Shown: positions 8,692 to 18,122 of the stretch, piece after piece
Numbering within the stretch: the first letter of the stretch is position 1
Layout of the letters: every line of letters begins with the position of its first letter
From: an uncultured Gammaproteobacteria bacterium
Lineage (GTDB): Bacteria > Patescibacteriota > Microgenomatia > 2-02-FULL-39-11
Assembly (NCBI GenBank): GCA_964520615.1
Contig: CAZFNL010000137.1
Coordinates: forward strand, 84,898 to 148,897
Length of the DNA: 64,000 nucleotides
Direction: 5' to 3'
Notes under the pieces: model-generated
Told to the model about the DNA's origin: nothing
The model's input: only the letters and a program-made list of their open reading frames with translations
The model's database searches: none
Position numbers and translations under genes: made by a program

Positions 8692-9795
8692 TTATATTAG
8701 AAACATCCTGATGATGTCCAAAAAATTACCTAGGTCTTTCTCCAGTTCATCCGCGGTATAATCGGTAATTTTTACCAGAGACATATTTCCCTTCGGCAAT
8801 ACCAAGACCATTTTTTCCGATACTTTTTTCTTGTCCTTATTCATTCCCGAAAGTATGTGACCTTGTATAAAATTTTTTCCGTCAATTTTTAGATTGTCCA
8901 ATTTCAATAAAGGGAAAAAAATATCATCGTTTATCCGTATATTCAGCTTTTTTGACAACCAGCCTTTTCTTACACTTACGCTGTTGGCATAAATCATACC
9001 CAGTAACACTCCTATCCCGTGGGATACGCTAAAGTTTGAAGCAGATTCCAAAGCATGCCCCAGCTCATGTCCGTAATTTAAAAGATTCCGCCTGCCATGA
9101 TCAAACTCATCATTTTCCATATAACTTAATTTTATCCTTATGCAATCTTTTATTATTTCCTCTATATTTTTTTTATCAAAGAAGGACAAAACCTTTTTCA
9201 GTCTTGAGGATATTTCTTCTAACCTGCTTTGCGCGTTTTTATCCATCAAGAGCAATTTAGCAATTTCTCCCATTCCGTTGATAATATCCATCTTTTTCAG
9301 TGTTTTTAAAAATTCCGTATCTATATATATAAAATCCGGCGGGTAAAAAGTACCGATAACATTTTTATACTTATTAAAATTTAGAGATGTTTTTAATCCG
9401 ACGGCACTGTCTGCTTGTGCAAGAAGAGTAGTCGGTATATATATCCAATGGACTCCCCTGTATAAGGTTGAGACGCAATATCCTACTATATCCTGGTTTA
9501 TTCCCCCGCCAAAAGATATCACCGTCAGATTTTTTTTATACGGAAGAGGTAATAGCCATTTATAGATTTTTTCTACTGTCCTTAATGTTTTTCCGCTTTC
9601 GTCAAGTTCTAAAACTAAAAGCTTGCTTTTTTGGAATTTATCAAAAATCCTATTTTTATAAAAACCATAAACTACATTCCCGCAAATTATAACGGAATTC
9701 GGGATATTTTGGAGGTCATCCAAATACTCAAAATTATTTGAGAACCGGACGGTAAAATTTTTTATTGGAGATGTGATGAGAATGTCGCCGTTCAT
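8692..9795 (-). CDS. 3-dehydroquinate synthase-like sugar-phosphate cyclase (divergent)
   Basis: GGGINQD, YRG..WIYIPTTLLAQADSAVGLKT, KNVIGTFYPP, RNLLNYGHELGHALE and SHG motifs. Confidence 0.85.
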   Translation of the reverse strand: MNGDILITSPIKNFTVRFSNNFEYLDDLQNIPNSVIICGNVVYGFYKNRIFDKFQKSKLLVLELDESGKTLRTVEKIYKWLLPLPYKKNLTVISFGGGINQDIVGYCVSTLYRGVHWIYIPTTLLAQADSAVGLKTSLNFNKYKNVIGTFYPPDFIYIDTEFLKTLKKMDIINGMGEIAKLLLMDKNAQSRLEEISSRLKKVLSFFDKKNIEEIIKDCIRIKLSYMENDEFDHGRRNLLNYGHELGHALESASNFSVSHGIGVLLGMIYANSVSVRKGWLSKKLNIRINDDIFFPLLKLDNLKIDGKNFIQGHILSGMNKDKKKVSEKMVLVLPKGNMSLVKITDYTADELEKDLGNFLDIIRMFLI

Positions 9796-10466
9796 TTGGC
9801 AATAAATCCTCCGTCAATGGGAAGTACGGATCCGGTAATATAAGTATTTTTTTCTGAAACGAGAAAAGAAACCAATTCAGCAATTTCCGCAGCAAACGCA
9901 AATCTTCCCAACGGTATGTCTCCGGCTATTTCCGCATTCTTCCGCGGGGAATTTCTGCCTGTTAAATCAGTAAGGGTAAAACCGGGACACACTGAATTAA
10001 CCAATATATTAAAAGGTGCCAGTTCCAAAGCTAATGCTCTTGTCATACCGTTTATACCGTGCTTTGACGAAGCGTATAAAACCTGTTTGCCCCTTGCGAC
10101 AATTCCAAATATGGAGCTTACGTTTATTATTCTTCCCCATTTTTGCTTTTTCATATACCCAACAACAGAGTTTGCCAAATAAATCGGGGTGATGAGGTTG
10201 ATTCTTAATGTATCCTCTATATTTTTTTTATCCAGTTCTCCTAAATACTGAGGCTGATTTATGCCGGCGTTATTGATCAGTATATCTATCTTCTGACTTC
10301 TTAATTTATTAATATATATTGAAACGGATTGTTCATCGGACAGATCCAGTTCTCCTCTGGATGGCGTTATCAGCAAATATCCCTCTTCTTCAAGTTTTCC
10401 CCTGATTGCTTTGCCTATTCCTCTTGATGCACCGGTCAGAAGAACTGTTCTTTTATTATTATTCAT
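9792..10466 (-). CDS. Classical short-chain dehydrogenase/reductase (FabG-like)
   Basis: TGASRGIG, NNAG, NVSS, YASSK, VCPG and DGG motifs. Confidence 0.9.
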   Translation of the reverse strand: MNNNKRTVLLTGASRGIGKAIRGKLEEEGYLLITPSRGELDLSDEQSVSIYINKLRSQKIDILINNAGINQPQYLGELDKKNIEDTLRINLITPIYLANSVVGYMKKQKWGRIINVSSIFGIVARGKQVLYASSKHGINGMTRALALELAPFNILVNSVCPGFTLTDLTGRNSPRKNAEIAGDIPLGRFAFAAEIAELVSFLVSEKNTYITGSVLPIDGGFIAK

Positions 10467-10471
10467 AAATC

Positions 10472-11386
10472 TTATTGTTCCTTTATTTTAATTTTTCCCA
10501 AATAAGGATCTTTTATTACCATTTCTTTATCAATCATGCCTAAATTTTTTTTATACCAATTATATAAACTTCTTATCCCCTCCGCCAAAGATATCGGTTT
10601 GAAGTCCGGAATTTCCTTCTTCAGCCGCGAAATATCAGCAGTGTATTCCAGATTCATGCCTTTATGCAATATATTGATATCCGATCCGTAATCACTGGCA
10701 GAATTTATAAGCTCAGCAATTTCTACAAGATCTGTTTTTCCTCCGCTTCCTATATTATATACTTTATATTTCGGCTCATGATTGATGAAATAGCTTACTA
10801 TTTTTACCAGATCGTCAATATATAAATAGTCAAATACAACATTCTGGCCTATTTTAATCTCCTGCTTTAAAAGGTTTTTTACAATTGAATTTGATATAAA
10901 CTTAAAAAGATAGTTTTCATATTTCCCGTAGACGCCGAAAAGTCTAAGACAATATATTTTTTCTGATTTTAGCGCAAAGCTGGAACAGACAAATTTATAA
11001 AAGCCGTAATCATCCTTGGGTACCCGCTTTCCGAATTCTTTCTCGCTTATATTTACCAAAGCCCGGCTTTTATCATATTCCGCACCCGATCCGAAATATA
11101 TAAACTTTTCGATTAAATCTTCGCATAAAACAAGATTTATAAAAATCCGCAGATTTACTTCTACGACATTTTTATAATTTCGCGAATCTCTTCCTCCTCC
11201 GGCATTTGCACAATGCAGAATAATTTGAATTTTATTCTTTTTTATAAACTCTCTTAACCGGGAAGAATCCTTATAGTCAAAATCACTATGAGAGGGAGCC
11301 AATATATCAAATTTATCGCTTAAAAATTCCTTTATGTTTTTGCCTATAAAGCCCGATCCGCCTGTCAAAAAAATTTTCTTTTTCAC
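10472..11386 (-). CDS. NAD-dependent epimerase/reductase (extended SDR; possible YerF or 4-keto-reductase role)
   Basis: TGGSGFIG, FGSGAEY, YGFYK and RLFGVYG motifs. Start placed at GTG 11386 (GTGA overlap with the upstream stop, GGGAGG RBS); the ORF track starts at 11398. Confidence 0.8.
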   Translation of the reverse strand: MKKKIFLTGGSGFIGKNIKEFLSDKFDILAPSHSDFDYKDSSRLREFIKKNKIQIILHCANAGGGRDSRNYKNVVEVNLRIFINLVLCEDLIEKFIYFGSGAEYDKSRALVNISEKEFGKRVPKDDYGFYKFVCSSFALKSEKIYCLRLFGVYGKYENYLFKFISNSIVKNLLKQEIKIGQNVVFDYLYIDDLVKIVSYFINHEPKYKVYNIGSGGKTDLVEIAELINSASDYGSDINILHKGMNLEYTADISRLKKEIPDFKPISLAEGIRSLYNWYKKNLGMIDKEMVIKDPYLGKIKIKEQ

Positions 11387-13215
11387 TTTTCCTCCCAAAG
11401 CGGTATAAGCATATTGCTTTTAAATTCATCACGGGGCAAAAACGGACCCATGTCTTCAAGCGCAGGAGAAACAAACTGCCCGTTGGGTAATTTCCTGGCC
11501 ATCAGTTTAGGATTAAGCGTCAGATTTTTGACAGAGTTTATGACACATACCATCGGGCCTTTACTTTTTAATACATTTTGGATTTTCCTTTTCATATCAC
11601 TATGATTATTTATCTCTATAGCCGGTAATCCATAAGCTTTTGCCACTTTTATAAAATCCGGACAGCTCACTCCAGATTTTTTGTCTACCGCCACGTGTCT
11701 GCCCTCAAACAGATTGTCTTGGGTATTTCTTATGGATTGGTATCCGTCATTATCATAAATAAAAAGCTTTATGGGTAGCCGGTGATGCTTCATCACCTGT
11801 AATTCATGAATATTAAGTTGTATACTGCCGTCACCTTCAAAACAGATAATTCTTTTATTTTTTCCGGAGGCAAAAGCAGCTCCTACTGCCGCAGGCAATC
11901 CGTATCCCATTTGGGCGCAACCGTTGTTCAGAACTATACGCTGTTTGTTCCTGACCCAAAATGCCTGGTATGAACAATTAAGAGGTCCTACACCGTCAGA
12001 AAGTACTATTATTTCGCCTTCGTCAAGCATCGAGCTGATTGTTTCAATAAAACAATAAGGATTTACTGCGTTCTTCTCTTTCCAATACTCAGGTAAAACT
12101 GTTTTATATTTTCGATTAAGCTTTCTCCCGTAGTCCATCCATTTGTTAATCACCAATTTAAAATTCTTCTTGTTTAATTGCTTTATCATTTCAACAATAA
12201 ATTCTTTCGCGTCAACATTTATCTTCAGGTCAGGTGACAATATTGGTTTATCTGTTTCCTTTCTATCAATATCAACCATCACGTGATATGCTTCCCTGGC
12301 AAAAGCCTTATAAGTAAATCCTATAGTCCGAATATCCAACCGTGCTCCGATAGACAGCAGAAAATCACTGTTTTGCAGGATGAAATTGGCAGCTCTTTGC
12401 CCGAAAGCGTGTCCCCTGCCGAAAAAATATTTATTATCAGAAGGAATCAAATCGTATCCGGCATAACTTGTCAGTACCGGAATTTTCAGGAGTTCAACCA
12501 GCTTTAAAAATTCTCCGGCAGCTGCCGACAGCCGGATGCCGTTGCCCGCATACAGAACCGGGCGTTTGGAATGGCTTAATCTAAATATGGTTCGTGAAAC
12601 CAGCTTCGACAAAAGTAGTTTTTTATCATCTTCTGAAGGCAATTTCAGTTCTTCACCAGGAACAAATCTCTTTAACTTTCCTTTTTCTATATACCAACCT
12701 TGTATATCCAAAGGTATATCAAGCCAAGCCGGACCCGGCCTGCCTGATTTTGCCATATATACGGCCTTCTCCAGATGATATCTGATATCATCCGGCTTCA
12801 GGACTGTCACGGCATATTTTGTAATCGGCTTTACCATGTCAATGATATTTATTTCCTGATCTCCCAATTGCCGGGATATTTTTCCTGCCCCCATAGTTTC
12901 TCTTTTTACTTGTCCGGATATTATCAGCATGGGAATGGAATCAAGCCAGCCGCCAAGGACTCCCGTAATCGCATTGGTTCCTCCGGGCCCTGTGGTCACA
13001 AGACACACGCCCAAATTCCCTGAAATCCTCGCGTAAGCTTCCGCGGCTGTGGCACAAGCTTGTTCGTGATAGTTGCAGATATATTTCAGTTTTCCTGCTT
13101 TTCCTATAGAATCAACAAGGTGAATATTTCCGCCGCCTGATATAAGAAAAATGTGGTTTACTCCCAAATTTTCGATGAAACTGATAATGTAATCAGATAA
13201 CTTTATTTTAACCAT
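11383..13215 (-). CDS. ThDP-dependent acetolactate-synthase-like enzyme (YerE-like carboligase)
   Basis: HEQACATAAEAYAR, TTGPGGTNA, SGRPGPAWLDIP, MGYGLPAAVGA and the GDGSIQLN...DNDGY ThDP motif. Sits in an NDP-sugar context. ATG at 13215 (ORF track 13224). Confidence 0.85.
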   Translation of the reverse strand: MVKIKLSDYIISFIENLGVNHIFLISGGGNIHLVDSIGKAGKLKYICNYHEQACATAAEAYARISGNLGVCLVTTGPGGTNAITGVLGGWLDSIPMLIISGQVKRETMGAGKISRQLGDQEINIIDMVKPITKYAVTVLKPDDIRYHLEKAVYMAKSGRPGPAWLDIPLDIQGWYIEKGKLKRFVPGEELKLPSEDDKKLLLSKLVSRTIFRLSHSKRPVLYAGNGIRLSAAAGEFLKLVELLKIPVLTSYAGYDLIPSDNKYFFGRGHAFGQRAANFILQNSDFLLSIGARLDIRTIGFTYKAFAREAYHVMVDIDRKETDKPILSPDLKINVDAKEFIVEMIKQLNKKNFKLVINKWMDYGRKLNRKYKTVLPEYWKEKNAVNPYCFIETISSMLDEGEIIVLSDGVGPLNCSYQAFWVRNKQRIVLNNGCAQMGYGLPAAVGAAFASGKNKRIICFEGDGSIQLNIHELQVMKHHRLPIKLFIYDNDGYQSIRNTQDNLFEGRHVAVDKKSGVSCPDFIKVAKAYGLPAIEINNHSDMKRKIQNVLKSKGPMVCVINSVKNLTLNPKLMARKLPNGQFVSPALEDMGPFLPRDEFKSNMLIPLWEEK

Positions 13216-13283
13216 GGCACTCAACTTCCCAGAATTAATTGGATAAAAAAACTTCCTTACTGCATCAATAGTGTTTCTGGTAT

Positions 13284-13289
13284 TATAAT
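13284..13289 (+). promoter_or_regulatory. Putative -10 box, leaderless methyltransferase gene (the AT palindrome could also serve the divergent operon)
   Basis: TATAAT 8 nt upstream of GTG 13298, within the palindrome TATTATAATA. Confidence 0.5.
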
Positions 13290-13297
13290 ACGTTATT

Positions 13298-14356
13298 GTG
13301 GTTAATAAAAAGTCAAGAAATTGCCCAATCTGTAATTACCAATCAAATTTTCCCATTTTTACCCAGAAGTTTGCCGGCGGGCTTGAACATAAAATCGTAG
13401 TATGCGATAACTGCGGTTTCGTATTTGTAAAATATACATACGACCGGAAAACAGCTAACAAACATTATAAAAAAAATTCAAAATATAATCACGGCCGGGA
13501 TGAAAATCTGCATGAAATATACGCAAAAATTATACAGCAATATTGTCCTCCAACCTCTAAGATACTTGACGTAGGCTGTTCAGACGGACATTTATTGTAT
13601 CTTTTAAGACAAAAGGGTTTTAAGAGCCTTGATGGTTTTGATCCCAGCCCTCAATGCCAAATAGCCGCATCTAGAAAATACAAAATAAAAATACGAACGG
13701 CCGAACTCTACTCTTTTGACACCCGGAGAAAATACGATATTATTATTCTTGCCCAAGTTTTAGAACATCTGGTTGATATAAAACAGGCAATTCAAAAACT
13801 TTCTTCAATACTTTCCGGAAATGGCTACTTTTTTATCGCCTTGCCTGATGCAGATAATTTTTATAAGGATTTCGAAGAACCTTTCTATGAATTCTCTCTT
13901 GAGCATATTAATTTTTTTGGTGTTTCTGCCCTTCACGCTCTCATGCATGACTTTCAGCCTATCCATTTCACCTCGGACGGTAAAGTAATTTTTTCCCTTT
14001 GGCAAAAAAGCGGAGGTGTCAGGAATTCACTAAAAAAATATATCCGGCTGTCAAAGGCAAAAATGGCCAGGATAAACAGAGTAATCGACAATTGCCCTGA
14101 CAGATTAATAGTCTGGGGAGCCGGATCGCTCACGGAAAGGCTTTTCACTTCCACAAAACTTGCCCAGAAAACTATCAAATTAGCAGACAGAAACTTGAAT
14201 TTGGCGGGTAAAAAGCTGATAGGAATAGAGATCATCCCTCCGGAAAAGCTCCGAAGCTATAAAGAACCGGTACTCATATCCTCATTCCGCTTTAAGGACG
14301 AGATTCTCAAGGATATAAAAAAAATGGGTATAAAAAATAAAATAATTACGTTTTGA
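13298..14356 (+). CDS. Class I SAM-dependent methyltransferase with N-terminal Zn ribbon and C-terminal Rossmann-like domain (sugar C-methyltransferase architecture)
   Basis: CPIC...CDNC, ILDVGCSDG, QVLEHL, EHINFF and LIVWGAG...ADRN motifs. Confidence 0.82.
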   Translation: MVNKKSRNCPICNYQSNFPIFTQKFAGGLEHKIVVCDNCGFVFVKYTYDRKTANKHYKKNSKYNHGRDENLHEIYAKIIQQYCPPTSKILDVGCSDGHLLYLLRQKGFKSLDGFDPSPQCQIAASRKYKIKIRTAELYSFDTRRKYDIIILAQVLEHLVDIKQAIQKLSSILSGNGYFFIALPDADNFYKDFEEPFYEFSLEHINFFGVSALHALMHDFQPIHFTSDGKVIFSLWQKSGGVRNSLKKYIRLSKAKMARINRVIDNCPDRLIVWGAGSLTERLFTSTKLAQKTIKLADRNLNLAGKKLIGIEIIPPEKLRSYKEPVLISSFRFKDEILKDIKKMGIKNKIITF

Positions 14357-14369
14357 AATCAATAAACAT

Positions 14370-15071
14370 TTATTTTGCAAAGCGTAAAAGAAGAATGCCT
14401 ACCAGATTTCTAAAGGCAATTGATGGAATTTTATCTAGTGTATAGACTTTTGTCTTATCACCACGTTGAGTCTTACGGTGATGTATCGGTATTTCATTTA
14501 TGGATAATTTAGCTTTAATAGCCACAGCTATAAAACCCCACCAAAACCCTTCATTTAAATAAGAAAGATACTTTGTGTAAGATAAGATTGCCCTCCTCTT
14601 GAATAAAACAAAAGGAGCGGATGGATCGTGTATTGATGCAGAAAAAAGTAATTTATAGATTATTCGGAAAAAAAGAGAAAAAACTTTTCTTTGTAGAGGA
14701 TCGGACCTTCTCCGTCTCCAACCTATCAGTATGTCTGCCGACATTCTCTTCTTCCAAAACTTGGGAAAATCTTCCGGATTGCATTGGCCGTCAGAATCGA
14801 CACAAAGTAAAAACTCTGACTGTGCGGACTTTATACCATCCAATACTGCACTACCGTAACCTCTCCTTTTCTTTTTCTGATTGAGGCTAATAGGATAATT
14901 CAATTTTAGTTTTTTTAATAATTCTTTTGTTCCATCAGTTGAACCATCCTCGCAAATTATGAAATTGAAACGGATTTTGTTTTTATCGAGAAAAATTTTC
15001 CATTCCGAAAGGACATATTCTATAACTTCTTTTTCATCATACACAGGCAAAATTATTGATAGTGAACTCAT
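14370..15071 (-). CDS. GT2, dolichol/polyprenol-phosphate sugar synthase-like
   Basis: ILPVYDE, EDGSTDGT, GYGSA, DSDGQ and EIPIHHR motifs; 233 aa. Confidence 0.85.
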   Translation of the reverse strand: MSSLSIILPVYDEKEVIEYVLSEWKIFLDKNKIRFNFIICEDGSTDGTKELLKKLKLNYPISLNQKKKRRGYGSAVLDGIKSAQSEFLLCVDSDGQCNPEDFPKFWKKRMSADILIGWRRRRSDPLQRKVFSLFFRIIYKLLFSASIHDPSAPFVLFKRRAILSYTKYLSYLNEGFWWGFIAVAIKAKLSINEIPIHHRKTQRGDKTKVYTLDKIPSIAFRNLVGILLLRFAK

Positions 15072-15135
15072 CTTAATGTAAAATCAATTTCTTTATATAA
15101 TTGTCATGTATTATAATACAAAGTTAATATAATCT

Positions 15136-16386
15136 ATGCCTTCCGATATATCATTTGTCCCGGGAAAGACTTATATTCCAGCCTCTGGGAAAGTATTTGG
15201 CGAAAACGAAATAGAAAATGCCGTATCAGCCGCCCGTGAGGGATGGTGGACGGAAGGTCATTTTGCCAAAGAATTTGAAAAGGAATTCTCCCGCTTTTTG
15301 GGCGTGCGCTACGTTTCACTGGTCAACTCCGGCTCCAGTGCCAATCTGACCGCTTTATTTTCCCTGACTTCGAGAGTTTTTGGAGAAAGAAGTTTGAAAA
15401 GAGGCGATGAATTTATTACAGGAGCTGTCGCCTTCCCCACAACCGTCAATCCCGGCATCATCTTTGGTATGACACCGGTCTTTGTGGATGCTGATCTTTC
15501 TTCTCTTAATATTAATACGGAAAAAATTGAAAAAGCCATCACCAAAAAAACAAAACTTATTATGGCAGCCCACACCCTAGGCAACCCCTATAATCTGGAT
15601 AAAATAGTGGCACTAGCCAAAAAATACCATCTATGGTTGATTGAGGACTGCTGTGATGCCTTGGGAAGCCGTTATGAAGGGAAACTTGTGGGAACATATG
15701 GCGATATATCCACATTCTCCTTTTATCCTGCTCACCAGATTACCATGGGTGAAGGCGGAGCAGTCGTTACCAATAACCCCCTTATCCACCGCTCCATACG
15801 TCAATTCCGCGACTGGGGCAGGGACTGCTGGTGCGATACAGGAAAGGATGATACTTGCGGCAAGCGGTTTGGTTGGAAAATGGGAGAACTGCCCGCAGGT
15901 TACGACCATAAATATATCTACTCCCAGATAGGTTTTAACCTGAAACTTACGGATTTCCAGGCGGCAATCGGCCTGGCACAACTTCAAAAATTGCCGCAAT
16001 TTATAAAAAAAAGGAAAGAAAATTATAAAGAACTATTTAAATTCTTTCGAAGATATAATAAGTTTTTTGAGCTTCTTACAACAACAGATAAAGAAGATCC
16101 TTGCTGGTTTGGCTTTCCTCTTCTTGTCAAGAAAGACGCACCGTTTACCAGAAATCAGCTCACAGAGTATCTGGAAAAAGAAAAAATAGGTACCAGAAAT
16201 GTCTTTTCAGGAAACCTTCTTCGGCACCCGGCATATCTGAAAATAAAATACAGGACTGCAGGAAAGATTGTCAACGCAGATCACGTGATGAACAGGGCAT
16301 TCTGGTTGGGAGTTTTTCCAGGAATAAATTTTGAGATGATAGAATATATCAAAAAGACTATCGAAAAATTTCTTAAAAGATTCTGA
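15136..16386 (+). CDS. rfbH: CDP-4-keto-6-deoxy-D-glucose 3-dehydratase (E1)
   Basis: VNSGSSANL, FPTTVNP, AHTLGNP, IEDCCDALG, SFYPAHQITMGEGG (His in place of the PLP Lys) and RDCWC...TCGKRF...YDHKY Fe-S ligands. Confidence 0.93.
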   Translation: MPSDISFVPGKTYIPASGKVFGENEIENAVSAAREGWWTEGHFAKEFEKEFSRFLGVRYVSLVNSGSSANLTALFSLTSRVFGERSLKRGDEFITGAVAFPTTVNPGIIFGMTPVFVDADLSSLNINTEKIEKAITKKTKLIMAAHTLGNPYNLDKIVALAKKYHLWLIEDCCDALGSRYEGKLVGTYGDISTFSFYPAHQITMGEGGAVVTNNPLIHRSIRQFRDWGRDCWCDTGKDDTCGKRFGWKMGELPAGYDHKYIYSQIGFNLKLTDFQAAIGLAQLQKLPQFIKKRKENYKELFKFFRRYNKFFELLTTTDKEDPCWFGFPLLVKKDAPFTRNQLTEYLEKEKIGTRNVFSGNLLRHPAYLKIKYRTAGKIVNADHVMNRAFWLGVFPGINFEMIEYIKKTIEKFLKRF

Positions 16387-16410
16387 TATCGCCTGTTCCT
16401 CCAAATAAAA

Positions 16411-18066
16411 CTATCTGATAGAAGTCTCACCTTTATATTTCAACTTATATACTTTAAGGGAGTACCCGTCATCATCAAAATTCATTTCTTTCACTAAAGT
16501 ATAACGTAATTTCAACGACGGACTATACATTCTGGTTTCGTACCACCGGAGATAATTTGCATTGTCAGTATTGGGCATTTCAATATAATAGATTATTTTA
16601 GGCTTATTATAAAGATAACTGTACCAGTTGATTATATATACAGCATCTATATTCTTATGACTTACAGTTCTCCAAAAGCCGCTTTTATCCCAGACTGGAA
16701 ATAGAAATGGTCCTGCACGAAGATTATAAGCAAAAGCATCTTTTTTGAGAGGACGAATACTTTGGAGCAAATCATTTAAAAGGTAGTGCAAATGAGTATA
16801 TTCCAGATTATATACGAGTTGATCACGTCCATATCCGCAACATTCACCCGTAATTGACGTCATGTCTAAGATATCGTGATTTCCAAATCTAAACGTCCCA
16901 TATATTTTCTGAGAAATTGGATCAATTGTTTTAAAACATGATATAAAAAAAAGTGAAATAATGGATAAGAGTAAAAAATTTCTAATTATCCTTTTTTGAA
17001 TAAAAACATGTATTCCGAAATAAAAAAGAATAATCAAAAAAGGATACAACGGTAAAAAATAACGCGGGTTGGAAAAGGTTTTGTAACTGATCATTACCAG
17101 AGTCATGACAAAAAAAATCGTATAAAGAAATATTATATTAAGATATTTTATATCTTCTTTGTAACTGTCCCCTCTTCTTTTCCTTACGATTTTAAATACT
17201 GATAAAATAATTCCCAAAATAAGAAAATAGGTTAGAATCCAGTTAAAATTAGCAATAAAAATTAGTATGAAATATGAGGCTGGTATTTTTTGCACAACGG
17301 AATGAGGAAAAAGTGGCATTTGTAGATTACCACCAGAGTCAGTCAGATACCAAGGCAATGGTTCCTGTCTCAATATAAACACTCTTACCATAAGAAATAG
17401 TAAATAAATTAGAACTGGAAAAGAAAAAAATGCATAATTCCACATTTTTCTAAAAACTTTGCCAAGGTTTAATTTTCTCCATTCGAGAGAAAATAAAAAG
17501 CTAATAAAAACTGAAATTGCGTAGAAGACAATACCTGTTTCTTTGGTAAAAACCAAGGCTGTGCCTGATAAAATGGTAAGTTTTTTGTGTTTAGTAATCA
17601 AAAAATAAAGAAAAATTGTATAGAAAACCAAAACTCCGTAATCAGGACTGTATTGCAGAGCATTTGCCACAAAAGGAGGATAGAACGCGTATAAGAATGT
17701 CAATAGATTTACTTCAATATTATGCTTATTTCCGGAAAAAAGGTGTTTTAATATACCGTAAAAAGCAACCATTGATAAAACTGTAAAAAAAGCTATGGTG
17801 AAATGGAGAACTGGCATATTCCCAAAACCGAAATATTGTGGCAGACTTGTAGGAAGCGTCCAGGCAAAAGAAACATGTTCGGCAAAGTTAAAATTCAGCA
17901 GGTTAAATGATGAAGTCACGGCTTTGTACATATGAGTATTGACATACTCATAAGAGTCCCAAAGAGGCACGAAACCGGAATATCGGTAAATAAGAAGTAT
18001 ATAAGCAAAAATTATAAAAAAGAGCGGAATATGCTTTTTTATTGCTGAGGAAAATATTCGTAACAT
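16411..18066 (-). CDS. Polytopic membrane protein, probable GT-C glycosyltransferase
   Basis: About 11 TM segments; WD in the first external loop; FTKETG and NPRYFLPLYP motifs; soluble C-terminal domain. Confidence 0.65.
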   Translation of the reverse strand: MLRIFSSAIKKHIPLFFIIFAYILLIYRYSGFVPLWDSYEYVNTHMYKAVTSSFNLLNFNFAEHVSFAWTLPTSLPQYFGFGNMPVLHFTIAFFTVLSMVAFYGILKHLFSGNKHNIEVNLLTFLYAFYPPFVANALQYSPDYGVLVFYTIFLYFLITKHKKLTILSGTALVFTKETGIVFYAISVFISFLFSLEWRKLNLGKVFRKMWNYAFFSFPVLIYLLFLMVRVFILRQEPLPWYLTDSGGNLQMPLFPHSVVQKIPASYFILIFIANFNWILTYFLILGIILSVFKIVRKRRGDSYKEDIKYLNIIFLYTIFFVMTLVMISYKTFSNPRYFLPLYPFLIILFYFGIHVFIQKRIIRNFLLLSIISLFFISCFKTIDPISQKIYGTFRFGNHDILDMTSITGECCGYGRDQLVYNLEYTHLHYLLNDLLQSIRPLKKDAFAYNLRAGPFLFPVWDKSGFWRTVSHKNIDAVYIINWYSYLYNKPKIIYYIEMPNTDNANYLRWYETRMYSPSLKLRYTLVKEMNFDDDGYSLKVYKLKYKGETSIR

Positions 18067-18122
18067 ATGAAAATGGAATAACGTAAGTATATAAAAACCT
18101 GCGGTCTGGTAAAAGGGGAAAA

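Noticed and set aside
11383-13215. Annotation as housekeeping acetolactate synthase IlvB
   Set aside because: There is no ilvN/ilvC/ilvD nearby, and the gene is coupled to NDP-sugar reductases beside rfbFGH, so a YerE-like role fits better.
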